A stretch of DNA of 63,768 bases, filler included, from an uncultured bacterium (GCA_964449065.1; 11 parts of 11 records of this genome joined end to end with filler, not necessarily neighbours in it); one strand, 5' to 3'; counted from the whole stretch's first letter, positions 9,742 through 22,021 are shown. Numbers and translations are program-made. The notes: a model not told the origin generated them from the sequence alone.

Positions 9742-11556
9742 ATGAAAAACCAAGCCTTGTTTCAAAAGAACATTTCCCTCATCAGCCAACTCTACCCGAA
9801 CTATTCATCCATTATCCATTCCGCCCCCGATAGCGGTACTCTGCAAATCACCGCCTTGGGCCAAAACGCGTATCTATGCGAAAAAAAAGATGGAAACGCG
9901 AACGATGACAACAATAAATGGATCCACGGCCCCGATGACCCTTGGAAAACCGCCGAAACCACCATCAAACGGACCGATTGGCAAACCACCGATACCTTTA
10001 TCATCATCCGCCCCGGTTTGGGATATGTTCCGCAAACGCTCTATTTAAATCTGCGCAAAGGCCGCAACGCCCAGCGTATGCTGCTGGTTGAAGACAACAT
10101 CGAACTCTTCCGCGAATCGCTCTATCTTTTCGATTGGACCGATGTTTTGCGCTCCGACCGCACCATTCTTCTTCTTCAAGAAGACCCCATTGCCGCCTGC
10201 CTGCACTTTTTTCAAACCAACCCGGTTTCACTCTTACCTATAATATCCGCCGTGTGCGGTGTCGAGGTCGGTGTAGACGAACACCGCATCATGCAGGAAC
10301 TCCAGCAAAAAATGACACCGCTGGCGCACACGGTGACACAGGCCTCCAACAACTACCTGCACGAGATTCAACAGCATTACGAACAGGTAAAGACAGACGA
10401 GACACATAAAAAAAAGATTGTCCTGGTTGAGCCGGAACACGATTATCTCGCCAACGGCATTACCGAAGGCTTTAAGCAAAGCGGCTGCGAGGTTGAAACA
10501 TTTAAAGGCAACCTGCGGCTGCTGCGCTTTTTAAAACCCTATGCCTGGCTGGTGTATACCCGTGAACTCTATCCCGATGTGCTTCTGTGGATGAACCGCT
10601 GCTCCCTCTCCATCGAAGGCGCGCATCATCTGAAAGATCTACCCATCGCAAAAGTCTTGTGGTTTTTAGACAGCCCCAAACGCGTGGAAACCACCAAAGA
10701 AGAAATCGAAGCGGTCGATGCCTACTTCTCCTTTGATCCGACTTATCTGGACTTCCTCAAGCAACTCAGCGGCAAAGAAGGGCACTACCTTCCCACCGCC
10801 GCGGGCATCAAACCGCTGCCGGAAAACCTGCCGGATCAACCCCGCAATCCCCGCCAAGGGCCGGAGGTCGGCTTCTTAGGCTCGCTCGCGGTATCCCGCT
10901 TTCAAAGCGTCCGTGATTTCTGGCAGCAGCGCGACCCCGAATTCATAACCATCCTGGACGGCATTGTGGAAGACTACCTGCAAGACCGCTCCATCTCATT
11001 GGAGGACCGCTTTAACCAATCTCCCGGAAAACAACGCATGGATTACCAAGGCTTCGTCGTGCTGTATCTGGAAGAACGCGCTACGTACATGCACCGCTTG
11101 CGCACCCTGCAAGCGGTGAAAGATTACGGACTGAAAACCTACGGCGCCCCCGAATGGGGCAACAGCCAATGGGCGGAAGATTTGGTGTCATGCTACGCCG
11201 GATTCGCCCCGCAATATGAAGAAGAATTGCCAAGTGTGTATTACAACACCAAAATCAACATTAACGCTTTTCATGTGCAATGCGAAAACGCCACCAATCC
11301 CAGAATATACGATGTCCTCGCGGCGGGTGGGTTCTTGCTCACAGAATACCGCCCCGCCATCGAACAAGAATTCGAAGAGGGAAAACACTTGGCGTGGTAT
11401 AAAAATTTGGATGAACTCAAAGAAAAAACCGAATATTATCTGGAACACGAACAAGAACGCGAGGCGATTGCCTTAGAAGGGCAAAAACACGTTCTTCAAC
11501 ACGGCACCTACCAAGTCCGCGTGCAAAAGATTCTGGATGTGCTCAATGAATTATAA
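9742..11556 (+). CDS. CgeB-family glycosyltransferase with Maf-like N-terminal region
   Basis: C-terminal YYNTKININ, NPRIYDVLAAGGFLLTE and EREAIA..G..HV...HTY-type motifs. N-terminal WIHGPDDP and PGLGY. Confidence 0.8.
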   Translation: MKNQALFQKNISLISQLYPNYSSIIHSAPDSGTLQITALGQNAYLCEKKDGNANDDNNKWIHGPDDPWKTAETTIKRTDWQTTDTFIIIRPGLGYVPQTLYLNLRKGRNAQRMLLVEDNIELFRESLYLFDWTDVLRSDRTILLLQEDPIAACLHFFQTNPVSLLPIISAVCGVEVGVDEHRIMQELQQKMTPLAHTVTQASNNYLHEIQQHYEQVKTDETHKKKIVLVEPEHDYLANGITEGFKQSGCEVETFKGNLRLLRFLKPYAWLVYTRELYPDVLLWMNRCSLSIEGAHHLKDLPIAKVLWFLDSPKRVETTKEEIEAVDAYFSFDPTYLDFLKQLSGKEGHYLPTAAGIKPLPENLPDQPRNPRQGPEVGFLGSLAVSRFQSVRDFWQQRDPEFITILDGIVEDYLQDRSISLEDRFNQSPGKQRMDYQGFVVLYLEERATYMHRLRTLQAVKDYGLKTYGAPEWGNSQWAEDLVSCYAGFAPQYEEELPSVYYNTKININAFHVQCENATNPRIYDVLAAGGFLLTEYRPAIEQEFEEGKHLAWYKNLDELKEKTEYYLEHEQEREAIALEGQKHVLQHGTYQVRVQKILDVLNEL

Positions 11557-11668
11557 ATGTGGTTATGTTGGCTAGGTGAGTGAAAAGGCACTTTCTCACA
11601 GAGTCTGATCTATCCTACCTGAACTCAAATGTTATTGATTTAAGCAATCAACCTTGAATCGCATTATC

Positions 11669-11855
11669 TTCTCCCCCAAGTCTGGAAGACACAGAGGGGG
11701 GAGTGTGGAGTAACCGGGTAGCACCGGCTTCCAGCCGGTGTGTCAACCCATACAACTTCATGAAAATAAGTAACTCATGTTACGCAATGAAGAGACTGTT
11801 GTTGTTATCCCCCCTTATTAAGGGGGGGTAGGGGGGGATCGAAGCACGCTTTCAA
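11669..11855. repeat. Cluster of REP-like hairpins and one R1 end motif at contig end
   Basis: GCACCGGCTTCCAGCCGGTG at ~11721, TAACTCATGTTACGCA at 11771, and a poly-C/TTATTAA/poly-G hairpin at ~11809. Confidence 0.75.
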
Positions 11856-11955
11856 NNNNNNNNNNNNNNNNNNNNNNNNNNNNNNNNNNNNNNNNNNNNT
11901 TAATTAATTAANNNNNNNNNNNNNNNNNNNNNNNNNNNNNNNNNNNNNNNNNNNN

Positions 11956-12589
11956 ATGCAGCGTGATGGGACAAGCCGCTGGAACAGCGGCCGCGTTGTG
12001 CGCCAAACACCAATGCGCTCCAAAAGAATTGCGCCATGACGCCATTAAAGAGTTGCAGCAAACCCTGCTGAAAGACGATGCCTATATCATCGGTGTGGAA
12101 AACAGCGATCCGTACGATCTCGCCCGCAACGCTTGGGTCACCGCATCCAGCGCCATGCCCGGTTGGTGGGCTGCGGACAATGTGATCAACGGCATCCACC
12201 GCGGCGTCAAACGGGTAATGAACCGCTGGGGTTCGCTGCCGGATCAAGATATGCCGCAGTGGATCGAATTGCGCTTTCAAGAACCACAGCGTATCCGTGA
12301 AATTCATCTCACATTCGATACCGGTCTCAACCGTCAGCTGACCCTTACTCACGCGGATGGACACCACGCCAAACAGGTTTGGGGACCGCAGCCCGAAACC
12401 GTCCGCGATTACGAAATACGTCTCATGCACGGCGAACAATCCAAAACCTTGTGCAAAGTAGAAGGCAACTATCAACGCAAAAAAATTCACACCATAGACG
12501 CGGAAACGGTTGATGCTATACGTGTGGTGGTTCATGCAACCAACGGCGATTCGTCCGCGCGAATCATGGAAATCCGCGCCTATGCCTAA
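11956..12589 (+). CDS. FAD-dependent oxidoreductase C-terminus with discoidin-like domain, 5'-truncated
   Basis: MGQAAGTAAAL and LQQTLLKDD followed by QWIELRF, LTFDTG and ARIMEIRAY. Confidence 0.8.
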
Positions 12590-12623
12590 CCCAACAAGAT
12601 AGAAAAGGTAAAGTAAGAACCAT

Positions 12624-13970
12624 ATGGTCGAACTGCCGTCTTCGTTTGAGAAAATCGACACCGTCATTTTGGATATGGACGGTGTGCTTACCAGCGAACA
12701 AGCCTATTGGGACAGCGCCGGACTGGTCATTCAAGATATCCTCGAAAGTCCGGCGTTTTTGGGGTTAAATCCCCACGCTTTCTCACCCGTGCTGGATGTT
12801 TTTTATCAGCGCTTAATTCGCGGATCCCGGATGGAATGGCGCAAGTATTTGCCGCCGGATATCATCACTCACTTTAAAACCAAAGGCATCAACAGCAATT
12901 GGGATCTGGCCTATATTGTTCTTGGGCTGTATTTGGCACTGTTATACCGAACCCCGATAACGGCTTTGTTTCATCATGTTAACCAACCGAATGAACAAGA
13001 ACCCACCGATGCCCGGGACATTCCCATCGATGTTCCCGCCGAAATCAACATGATGCAATCTTCATTAGAGCCGGTTTGGGAAAGCGTGTTGGCCAGCGTT
13101 AAGGAGAAACGATGGCAAGATATTCTGCGTTTGGATCAAATGTATCTGTGGGGAGATTACTTTCGCCGCAAAGGGGTACAGGTATCCCCCATATCGCATG
13201 TCGATCTGCGCATTATGGATGACTTCCACCCCGATGTACGCGGGCTGGCCCTGTTGCATGAAGTCAACCACCTCATCGACCGGCAGCACCGCCACCGCAT
13301 CGAACTCTTCGGTCGCGAAAGCTTGTTATGGGAAGACTGCCGCTTGCTGTTTCAAACCTGGTATCTGGGAAACAGTCTCTATAACGAATTCTACGACACT
13401 TCATTTCCCTACAACAGCAAACCCGGGTTAATCCACGGAGAAATCCCCTTGCATGGAAACGAAAAAACGCACGAATGCCTATCAAAATTGCGGAATGCTG
13501 AATTCACACTGGGGATCAGCACCGGCAGACCCAAACGGGAAATTTTCACCCCGTTAGAAGGATGGGACATGCTGCGTTATTTTTCTCCAAACCGCATTTC
13601 TACATATGACGAGGTGGAAGCCGCCGAAATGGAACTACAGACAACAGGGTATTCAAAAGCTTTGGGGAAACCCCATCCTTTCATATTTCTGCGTTCCATC
13701 TATCCCGGAACGGATACAAAAACATTATCCGAAATGGAATCCTTGATTCCCGACGCGGAATCTGTTCTGATAGTAGGAGACTCCTTAGCCGATATCTGGG
13801 CGGCGAAAACCATCGGTTGCCGCACAGCGGCTGTGTTGTCGGGCGCCATCGGCCCATCCTCGAAAAAAGAGATGGAAGCAGCCCATCCAGATGTGATATG
13901 CCGCGATATGATCGAACTGACCGAAGCCCTGATCCAAATGAAACAAGCGAAAGGAAACCCCGCCCCATGA
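12624..13970 (+). CDS. HAD-family hydrolase with large cap insertion
   Basis: LDMDGVL, STGR, GKPHP and VGDSLAD motifs. Confidence 0.85.
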   Translation: MVELPSSFEKIDTVILDMDGVLTSEQAYWDSAGLVIQDILESPAFLGLNPHAFSPVLDVFYQRLIRGSRMEWRKYLPPDIITHFKTKGINSNWDLAYIVLGLYLALLYRTPITALFHHVNQPNEQEPTDARDIPIDVPAEINMMQSSLEPVWESVLASVKEKRWQDILRLDQMYLWGDYFRRKGVQVSPISHVDLRIMDDFHPDVRGLALLHEVNHLIDRQHRHRIELFGRESLLWEDCRLLFQTWYLGNSLYNEFYDTSFPYNSKPGLIHGEIPLHGNEKTHECLSKLRNAEFTLGISTGRPKREIFTPLEGWDMLRYFSPNRISTYDEVEAAEMELQTTGYSKALGKPHPFIFLRSIYPGTDTKTLSEMESLIPDAESVLIVGDSLADIWAAKTIGCRTAAVLSGAIGPSSKKEMEAAHPDVICRDMIELTEALIQMKQAKGNPAP

Positions 13971-14905
13971 AACGCAGAACCTTTGTTGCTTCCACGACCG
14001 CAGCCCTAACGGCTCTTCAACAAAACGCGCAAAGCCAAGAACCAAAATACCGCGTGGGGATATTGGGGACGGATAACAGCCATTCCGGCGCCTTTGCCAA
14101 GTTGATTAATGTCGACAACGCTATCCCCAATGCCAGGGTTGTCGCCATGTACGGCCAAGAACCGGAACGCACCCAGGAAATGGCTACCAAAGGGCAAGTC
14201 AAAACCATTGTCGAGAACCCCGAAGACATGATGGATTTGGTGAATGTGGTATTCGTGGTCTTTCGCCACGGTGATTTGCATAAAGATTTTGCGATGCCCT
14301 TTATCGAAAAAGGCATCCCGACCTTTGTCGATAAGCCTTTCGCGCTCAAAACCGATGACGCGTATGAAATGTTGTATGCCGCGAAAGAATTTAATACCTA
14401 TATCAGTTCTTTCTCTACCGTGCGTTGGGGAAGCGCGGTGATGGAACTAAAAGCAAATCTTGTGGATGGAGACCCTGTCATCACCGGCGGTACAGCCGGG
14501 CCGGGTTCTGCCGAGAGCCAATACGGCGGCTTCGGCTTTTACGGCATCCACGCGATTGAACTGTTAACCCACACCATCGCCGACCGCGTTACACACGCCA
14601 GCGCCATTCGCGAAGGCAACCGGGTGGCAGGGACGGTAGTAACCAACTCAGGCAAAACCTTTTCCATCCATATCGCGGAAGGCTTGAGAGGATTCAGGCT
14701 ATTTTATTGTGACAAAGAAGGCAACCACCAGATTGCAACCGGCGGCGATTACCACAACGGGCTCCAAGCATTCTTCGACGGGTTGGAACACAACAAACCG
14801 CCGCTCTCGTATGAAGACATGTTTGAACCGGTTGCCATGATCGAAGCGATGGAACAATCCATGCGGCAAGATGGTAAACGCATGGAAGTGAAATGCTTTT
14901 GTTAA
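13967..14905 (+). CDS. Gfo/Idh/MocA oxidoreductase with Tat-like signal
   Basis: MKRRTFV start overlapping the upstream stop (ATGA). GILG, FVDKP and YGIH motifs. Confidence 0.85.
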   Translation: MKRRTFVASTTAALTALQQNAQSQEPKYRVGILGTDNSHSGAFAKLINVDNAIPNARVVAMYGQEPERTQEMATKGQVKTIVENPEDMMDLVNVVFVVFRHGDLHKDFAMPFIEKGIPTFVDKPFALKTDDAYEMLYAAKEFNTYISSFSTVRWGSAVMELKANLVDGDPVITGGTAGPGSAESQYGGFGFYGIHAIELLTHTIADRVTHASAIREGNRVAGTVVTNSGKTFSIHIAEGLRGFRLFYCDKEGNHQIATGGDYHNGLQAFFDGLEHNKPPLSYEDMFEPVAMIEAMEQSMRQDGKRMEVKCFC

Positions 14906-16353
14906 TCTGTTGAATCAACCGTTGATTCAAGCGTGTCGTCTATTGGCTGGGATAAATTCGCATAATCCAACCATTCCACTCCCGTGTACGCGTTGCTGTC
15001 GATGGAGATAATCCCCATCGCCAAAAGCAGCCGCGCCATTAGTATCATGTAGTCATACCGGGTTGTCACCACATCGGTTTGTGCTTCCACCAGTTCGGTG
15101 ATGGATTGCGTCACATCCAGCGTATCCGCCAATCCTTCTTGATACAGGTTTTGGAAGCGCGCTTGGTTTTCGCGCGCCACCTTTTCCGCTTCGATGGCGA
15201 TCTGCAAATTGCGAAACTCTTCCTGCACCGCCAGAGCGGATTGTTCCACTGATCTCTGCACCATGCGTATCGTATCTTCCAAACGCCGGCTCTGCGCGCT
15301 GCGTTCTTCTTTGGTGCGCCGCATTTTGGCAACCCGCCGCCCGCCTTCAAAAATCGGGACATCAATGGCGGCGAAGATGCGCCATTCTTCCTCTTCAAAG
15401 TTCAATTCATTTTCACGAAATCCCCAACTGCCGCCGATCCGCGCGCGCGGATAAAATTCACCCTTCGCGATTGCGACCGCTTCATCCTGCTGCTGCAAGA
15501 CAAGCGCAGCAACTTTGATGGCGGGATTTTTCGTTTCAGCAATATCAAACAACCGGTCGTATTGTTTCAGTTGATTCAACATTTCTTCCGGGGGATTGTA
15601 TTCCACCAACATTGTGTTTTGCAACTCACGGTTCGCGTTCACGCGAATGCCAATAATCTCATTAAAAGCGACAATAGCTTGATCACGCGCGATTTCCGCC
15701 GAGACAATATCCCGCATCGCCGATGACCGGGTCAATTCCGCCCGCAATACATCCGTACGAATCCGCATCCCCACTTCAAAATTGGTTTGCGCGGTGTCCA
15801 ACTGCTTTTCCGCCAATTTCAAACGCTGCTGCTGTACTTCCAGCAATTCGTTGGCACGAAGCACATCCATAAAGGCGGCAATGGTATCGAACACCACCTG
15901 CTGTTCCTGCCCGATTTCCTGCCATTGCGCCGCTTCGTCCCGCAATTCGGATAGCGTGATTTCTCCCAACACCGACCGGTCGAACACCAACTGGCTGAAT
16001 TGAAACTGGTTGGTAAAAACCTCCCCCGTAAAGCCGCCAACATTATCAAATGTAAAAACGTCTTCCAAAGCCGGGGGCAAATCCGGCGCCTCAAACTCAA
16101 ACAACTCCGATTCCGAATTGCTCGATTCGCTGTTGAACGAAACTTGCGGCAAATACGCGCTTTTCGCTTCCCATATACCGTGCGTGGATGCCTTGGCATT
16201 ATGCCGCACGGCGATTAGTTCGCGGTTGAGTTCCAACGCGGTTTCCACCGCTTCCTGCAAGGTGATTTGGGCGGGTAAAGAGACCGGAAATCCAATAGCG
16301 ATCAAGAATACAAGAAAATAAAACCACACAGCGTTATACATTTGATATCCCAT
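14902..16353 (-). CDS. TolC-family outer membrane efflux protein
   Basis: TLQEAVETALELN and YLPQV motifs, duplicated OEP halves, PIFEGG. Confidence 0.9.
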   Translation of the reverse strand: MGYQMYNAVWFYFLVFLIAIGFPVSLPAQITLQEAVETALELNRELIAVRHNAKASTHGIWEAKSAYLPQVSFNSESSNSESELFEFEAPDLPPALEDVFTFDNVGGFTGEVFTNQFQFSQLVFDRSVLGEITLSELRDEAAQWQEIGQEQQVVFDTIAAFMDVLRANELLEVQQQRLKLAEKQLDTAQTNFEVGMRIRTDVLRAELTRSSAMRDIVSAEIARDQAIVAFNEIIGIRVNANRELQNTMLVEYNPPEEMLNQLKQYDRLFDIAETKNPAIKVAALVLQQQDEAVAIAKGEFYPRARIGGSWGFRENELNFEEEEWRIFAAIDVPIFEGGRRVAKMRRTKEERSAQSRRLEDTIRMVQRSVEQSALAVQEEFRNLQIAIEAEKVARENQARFQNLYQEGLADTLDVTQSITELVEAQTDVVTTRYDYMILMARLLLAMGIISIDSNAYTGVEWLDYANLSQPIDDTLESTVDSTD

Positions 16354-16602
16354 CCTATGAAAAGAATTGAAGGTTTTCTTTGTCGGATCTAAGTTGAGTA
16401 TATTTTTTCGTTGGAATTATATTAGGGATACTGCTATTTTCTTATTGGTGAATCATACGTTGTTTTTACCGTTTTTGCCCTATGGAATAGAGTAACGGTA
16501 CCAGTAGATAAAGTTGAATATCTGCTGTTTACCGGCTAATGTATTCCGGCCACAATCATCTCGTATGCAAACGCCATTCAAGAAAATCAGCGCATCATTC
16601 GT

Positions 16603-17807
16603 CTAATCGGAGATACAATACACCGCTTTTTCAGACCGGATAAACAATTTCCCATCCGATACCGCTATGGAAGCCTGGCATTTTTCCCCAATCGAATTGG
16701 AAGCGATTTTCTTGAACTCATCACCATCTTCAATAATGGTGGTTACACCTTCCATCGACAACAAGTATATTTTTCCATCCACCCACACCGGAGAAGCATA
16801 ATGATTGCCGCCAACGCGTTCCCGCCAAACAATTTCACCCGTACCGGCTTCCCGGCAGGCCGCGATCCCGCCATCGGTTACCGAATACAGATAGGGCTTC
16901 ACATACAGCATGGACGGCACATTCGGCGTGGCCGTGCGGTCTTTCCAAACCACATGAGAATCCGTCACATTGCCTTGCCCGCCCGGCTTCACCGCTACGA
17001 TGTAATGATCCATAAACCCGGTATGGGCATAAATCAACTCATCCCCAATAATCACGGAAGGCACAACCCCCTCCCCGCTGGTATCCACCGTCCAAATCCG
17101 TTCGCCGTCATCCAAATCGAACGATTGAATTACATCCCCCGCGGCGCTTATCAGTCTATCGTCTCTATCGTCTCCATTGTCCCCATAGAGAATGTTGGGT
17201 GTCACATGGCCGATCCGCGACAGCCCCCGGTCGCCGATCCATTCTTTTTTTCCGGTGTTCTTATTCAGCGCCAAAATGAACGACTCATCCCATGGAATCT
17301 GCCATCCCACTTTGCGGTCACCGGTTTCGGCGCTGTGGTCAAAAGGTATAATCAGCAAGTCTTCATACAAACGCGGAGAAACACCCAAGCCGTGCTGGCT
17401 GTAATAAGGGTAATCTTTGTTGATCCACACGATCTCTCCCGCGTAATCAACCGCGGCAACAAAGCCATTATTGTATAGCACATACACATTTGTACCATCG
17501 GTAACGGGTGTTGGTGTTGCATAGGAATTTTGACCTTGGATACGTTTTAGTTCTTGCCTGAAGATCTCTTTATTCCATTTCTCTTTACCGCTATCCCGGT
17601 CCAAACAAATTAACCGGCATGACCGCCCTTCTTCCGTAGCGGTTGTAATGAACACGTTCTCTTCATAAACGATAGGAGATGACCAGCCATTGCCGGGGTC
17701 TTCATATTTCCACAACACGTTTTCCTTCGCGCTCCATTCGGTGGGGACATTCGTCTCAGCAGAAATCCCTTGCCCTGTCGGCCCGCGAAATCCCGGCCAG
17801 TTTTCCG
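16603..17807 (-). CDS. PQQ-binding-like beta-propeller repeat protein, 5'-truncated
   Basis: ENWPGFRGP start, SSPIV/YATPTP/YASPV repeats, G..vW motifs. Confidence 0.85.
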
Positions 17808-17911
17808 NNNNNNNNNNNNNNNNNNNNNNNNNNNNNNNNNNNNNNNNNNNNTTAATTAATTAANNNNNNNNNNNNNNNNNNNNNNNNNNNNNNNNNNNNN
17901 NNNNNNNATGA

Positions 17912-18223
17912 TCAAACATCATCTACATTGTGAATCTTTTCTTCGTGTAAGGCTTTCACGTACTGCTGTAACTGAACCAATGTTTGGTCGTTTTCTTTCA
18001 CAATCCGGTTCGAGCGTTTTTTATACCAACCTCTATCTTGTTTCGCGTATTCTTTTGGGTTCACTTCCAATTGCCGCATGATCCCTTTTTCTTTCGGTTT
18101 GACTTTTTGCCTTTGGATTGGGTCCCACAAATACACAACGATAATGGCTGCTAAAAGCAGGAAGCAGATTCCAATCTTTACTTCCGGAGAAACCGCGTAC
18201 TCTATGTACTCGAACACCCGCAT
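17912..18223 (-). CDS. Small hypothetical membrane protein
   Basis: One hydrophobic helix, co-oriented downstream of gyrA. Confidence 0.45.
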   Translation of the reverse strand: MRVFEYIEYAVSPEVKIGICFLLLAAIIVVYLWDPIQRQKVKPKEKGIMRQLEVNPKEYAKQDRGWYKKRSNRIVKENDQTLVQLQQYVKALHEEKIHNVDDV

Positions 18224-18406
18224 CCTGATTGTCCCTGTTCTACTGATGTTGCTTTCTCTATTAGCAACCAGGATGCCATTTCATTTTAAGAGGCGTAATT
18301 TATTGATATATATAAAGTTATGCGTCTATAATCATTATAAGAATCAATTTGATAACTCCGGCAATATCGTCCTTTCCATGGGAATGCTAGGAAAATTATA
18401 CCTTAT

Positions 18407-20881
18407 TTAATTGCTTTCGGTTGTTTCCGGTTCAACCATGTTTTCTTTTGGTGTTTGTGTGGCTTCTGGAAGACCGCCGATGGCGCCGACTTCATCGCCT
18501 GAATCCAATTTGATCAAGCGCACTCCCTGTGTATTGCGTGAAATCATGCGGATACCGTTTACGCTGGTGCGGATCGCGATGCCTTTTTTGGTAATCATCA
18601 TAAACTCGTCATCGTCGAATACTTTGAGGATGCCGATGACATCGCCGTTGCGTTCATTGGTTTGGATATCTTTGACACCTTTGCCGCCGCGTTTTATTTT
18701 TCGGTATTGCGAGACTTCGGTACGTTTGCCATACCCTTTTGTGGTGACGGTTAAGAGATGTGCTTCTTCACGGCAGACGACCATACCGACGACTTTGTCG
18801 TCTTTCGCCAACCGGATGCCGGTCACACCGCGTGCGGTGCGTCCCATGGGGCGTACGTCTTCTTCTTTAAAGCGGATCGCCATTCCCTTTTTGGTGGCCA
18901 ATACAATTTCATCGTTGCCCGTGGTCATCCACACGCTTAACAGGCGGTCGCCTTCATCAAGGCTAATGGCATTAATGCCGGCTTTGCGCGGATTGGAGAA
19001 AGCGGTCAATTCAGTCTTTTTAACAATGCCGTTTTCGGTGGCGAAAATAAGGTAGCGGTCTTCCGTGAATGCGGATACCGCGACCATCGTGGTGACCGTT
19101 TCACCTTTCTCCAGTTCTAGCAGATTGACGATTGCCTTTCCTTTGGTGGCGCGCCCGCCTTGGGGCAGTTCAAAGACTTTTTTCCAATGCACACGTCCCC
19201 GATCGGTAAAGAAGAGGATGTAATGGTGAGTCGAAGCGATAAACAAATGCTCGACAAAGTCTTCTTCCTTGGTATCCATCGCGGTGATGCCGCGGCCGCC
19301 ACGTATTTGTTTGCGGTAGACCGATGTGGCAATGCGTTTCACATAGCCGCCGTGTGAAACCGTGACAACCATGTTTTCTTCCGCGATCAAGTCTTCAATT
19401 TCCAAATCATCGGCATTGGCGATGATCTCGGTGCGGCGGGCGTCGCCGTATTTCTTTTTGATTTCAAGCAGTTCTTCTTTCATGATGCTCATCAAGAGTG
19501 AGGCATCATTTAAGATTGTGCGGTAGTATTCGATATCTTTGAGAAGTTGCTGATATTCTTCTTCCAGTTTTTCACGCTCCAACGCGATGAGACGCTGCAG
19601 TTGCATTTCGAGAATGGCTTTGGCCTGAACTTCCGTCAGCTCAAAGCGGCTAACAAGTCCGTTCATGGCTTCTTCACGGGTTTGGGAGGCACGAATCAGA
19701 GCAATTACTTCATCGATGTTATCAACCGCGATGCGAAGGCCTTCGAGAATGTGAGCACGCGCTTCGGCTTTTTGCAGGTCAAACAGGGTTCTGCGTCGGA
19801 TGACCTCACGGCGGTGGTCGACAAAATGCGCCAGCAATTCCCGCAGGGTGAGGTATTGCGGGCGGTTGTTCACCAGCGCCAAGAAGATGATGCCGAAGTT
19901 GGACTGCATGCTGGTGTGTTTGTAGAGTTGGTTGAGGATGACTTCGCGGTTTTCGCCGCGTTTGAGTTCGACCACCACGCGCAAGCCGTCGCGGTCGGAT
20001 TCATCGCGGACCCCGATCATGCCTTCGATTTTCTTTTCACGCGCGAGTTCGGCGATTTGCTGAATCATCCGCGCTTTGTTGACCATATAGGGGATTTCGG
20101 TGATCACAATGGCTTCTTTGCCTTGCGGCAGCTGCTCGACTTGGGTGACGGCCCGCATCACCACTTTGCCGCGTCCGGTGGAGTAGGCTTCACCAATGCC
20201 TTCCCGCCCGCAGATATAGGCACCGGTAGGGAAATCGGGGCCTTTGATGTGCTGCATCAGTTCGCGGGTTTCGATTTCGGGGTTGTCGATCATGGCTACG
20301 GTAGCGTCGATGACTTCGCTGAGGTTGTGGGGCGGCATGTTGGTTGCCATCCCGACAGCGATTCCCGTAGCCCCATTGACCAACAGGTTCGGAATTTCCG
20401 CAGGGAGAACGCTGGGTTCTTCGAGCTGGCCGTCGAAGTTGGGAACAAAATCGACCGTATTTTTCTCGATATCCGTTAATAGGGTTTCGGCTATGGAGGA
20501 TAAGCGGGCTTCGGTATAGCGGTAGGCCGCCGCATTGTCACCGTCGAGCGAGCCAAAGTTGCCCTGGCCGTCTACCAACGGGTAGCGGTAAGAGAAATCC
20601 TGCGCCATCCGCACCAAGGTGTCATAAATGGCCGAGTCACCGTGGGGGTGGTATTTACCCATGGTTTCTCCGACGATACGGGCGGATTTTTTATAGGGGG
20701 CGCGGTGAGTCAGCCCTAAATCCTTCATGGCATAGACGATACGCCGTTGGACGGGTTTGAGGCCGTCGCGGACATCCGGCAGGGCGCGCTGCACGATGAC
20801 GGACATCGCATAGTTGATATACGATGTCTTCATTTCGTCTTCGATATTAATGGGGCGAATGCGTTCGTTTTGGGTGTACAT
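18407..20881 (-). CDS. gyrA: DNA gyrase subunit A
   Basis: [23 protein letters not shown] and GyrA-box QIRGGRG. SD GGAGAAGG before the ATG at 20881. Confidence 0.97.
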   Translation of the reverse strand: MYTQNERIRPINIEDEMKTSYINYAMSVIVQRALPDVRDGLKPVQRRIVYAMKDLGLTHRAPYKKSARIVGETMGKYHPHGDSAIYDTLVRMAQDFSYRYPLVDGQGNFGSLDGDNAAAYRYTEARLSSIAETLLTDIEKNTVDFVPNFDGQLEEPSVLPAEIPNLLVNGATGIAVGMATNMPPHNLSEVIDATVAMIDNPEIETRELMQHIKGPDFPTGAYICGREGIGEAYSTGRGKVVMRAVTQVEQLPQGKEAIVITEIPYMVNKARMIQQIAELAREKKIEGMIGVRDESDRDGLRVVVELKRGENREVILNQLYKHTSMQSNFGIIFLALVNNRPQYLTLRELLAHFVDHRREVIRRRTLFDLQKAEARAHILEGLRIAVDNIDEVIALIRASQTREEAMNGLVSRFELTEVQAKAILEMQLQRLIALEREKLEEEYQQLLKDIEYYRTILNDASLLMSIMKEELLEIKKKYGDARRTEIIANADDLEIEDLIAEENMVVTVSHGGYVKRIATSVYRKQIRGGRGITAMDTKEEDFVEHLFIASTHHYILFFTDRGRVHWKKVFELPQGGRATKGKAIVNLLELEKGETVTTMVAVSAFTEDRYLIFATENGIVKKTELTAFSNPRKAGINAISLDEGDRLLSVWMTTGNDEIVLATKKGMAIRFKEEDVRPMGRTARGVTGIRLAKDDKVVGMVVCREEAHLLTVTTKGYGKRTEVSQYRKIKRGGKGVKDIQTNERNGDVIGILKVFDDDEFMMITKKGIAIRTSVNGIRMISRNTQGVRLIKLDSGDEVGAIGGLPEATQTPKENMVEPETTESN

Positions 20882-21165
20882 ACCTTCTCCAGCGCCTGGC
20901 AAAAAACCAAAGACAAATCAGGCGTTCATTGATAAACTATATTCGAAAAGAGGTTTAGGAGGGTTTTGGTTTTTATTTGTTTCATGAATGCTACTGTAGC
21001 CTCAACCTAAACCCGTTCATGTTAACGAGTTTATTCCAATATACAAATTTTACGCTATTTTGGATAGAAATTCAATGGTAAGATAGTCGGTATTTGCATC
21101 TAAATGTAATGTTGATAGCGGGTTTGCAATTGTCAATATTTTGTGAATATTCTGTGGAGAGATAG

Positions 21166-22011
21166 ATGAAAACAATAGGCTTATGTCTTGTATTATTTGC
21201 TGTATCGATTTTACCTGCAAGTGCGGATTTACCGTTTTTTGACGATACCTCAATCCAATCGCTGCAAATGGTGAAAGAGATGCACTCGAAAATGACCAAG
21301 GATGGAGAACTTTTTACCTTTGAGTCTCCATCGTATGGCATTGAACGCGGCGGGGAAAAAACCAAGTGGATATCGATGTATATCGATATCCAGAATGAGC
21401 GTATTGCGGTGCGTTGGGTTGATGGAGTAAACCGGCCGGAAAATTTTCTACATCCGGATCAACTGCGGATTTATAAGGATCAAACCTTCTATGATATATC
21501 GCACCAAGCCAAGCGGGTGTATATCGATACCATCGATTTTCGACAACTGACTTCATATTTTTCTCTTGGCGGCTGGTTTTATGATGGGATCAACTTGAGC
21601 AAAACGGTATCATCGCTTTCATCCGGCCAATTGACGCAGCATGAAGAGGGGATTGCCGGTTTTTGGCTGCGGAAGCCGCAAACGCAATATCCGGCGCAAA
21701 TCTTTATTAACGAAGAAACCCAGCGTGTTGTAAAAGTGCAAACGGTGAATGATGATCCGCGATTTGGTGGGGATAAGATTGAAACGGAAGAAAGCTTTGA
21801 GTGGGCCAACGTTCCGGAGACCGATTTTTGGTACCCCAAAGTAATCCAATCCCACACCGATGGGACGAAAGGGATTGTAACCGTATCAAAAACCTGGGTG
21901 CGGGCAATCCAAATCAATCCCGATATTCCATCGTACTCCTTCAATACGGATTATCCGGAGGATTACACCGTCATCGACCGGAGAAATCTCTTAAAACCGC
22001 CCCGGTTTTAA
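21166..22011 (+). CDS. Hypothetical secreted protein (possibly LolA-like fold)
   Basis: Signal peptide, SD GGAG. C-terminal INPDIP..F....P...TVID resembles LolA-like carriers (weak). Confidence 0.6.
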   Translation: MKTIGLCLVLFAVSILPASADLPFFDDTSIQSLQMVKEMHSKMTKDGELFTFESPSYGIERGGEKTKWISMYIDIQNERIAVRWVDGVNRPENFLHPDQLRIYKDQTFYDISHQAKRVYIDTIDFRQLTSYFSLGGWFYDGINLSKTVSSLSSGQLTQHEEGIAGFWLRKPQTQYPAQIFINEETQRVVKVQTVNDDPRFGGDKIETEESFEWANVPETDFWYPKVIQSHTDGTKGIVTVSKTWVRAIQINPDIPSYSFNTDYPEDYTVIDRRNLLKPPRF

Positions 22012-22021
22012 CCCGCGGGCT

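Noticed and set aside
19547..20479. Long antisense ORFs (also 60850..61827, 11900..12667, 22192..22866)
   Set aside because: Shadow frames of well-supported genes, with no motifs of their own.
20500..20650. gyrA as parC or as a quinolone-resistant allele; AAAYRY variant
   Set aside because: The GyrA-box is present, the Ser and Asp QRDR positions look wild-type, and the catalytic RY is intact.
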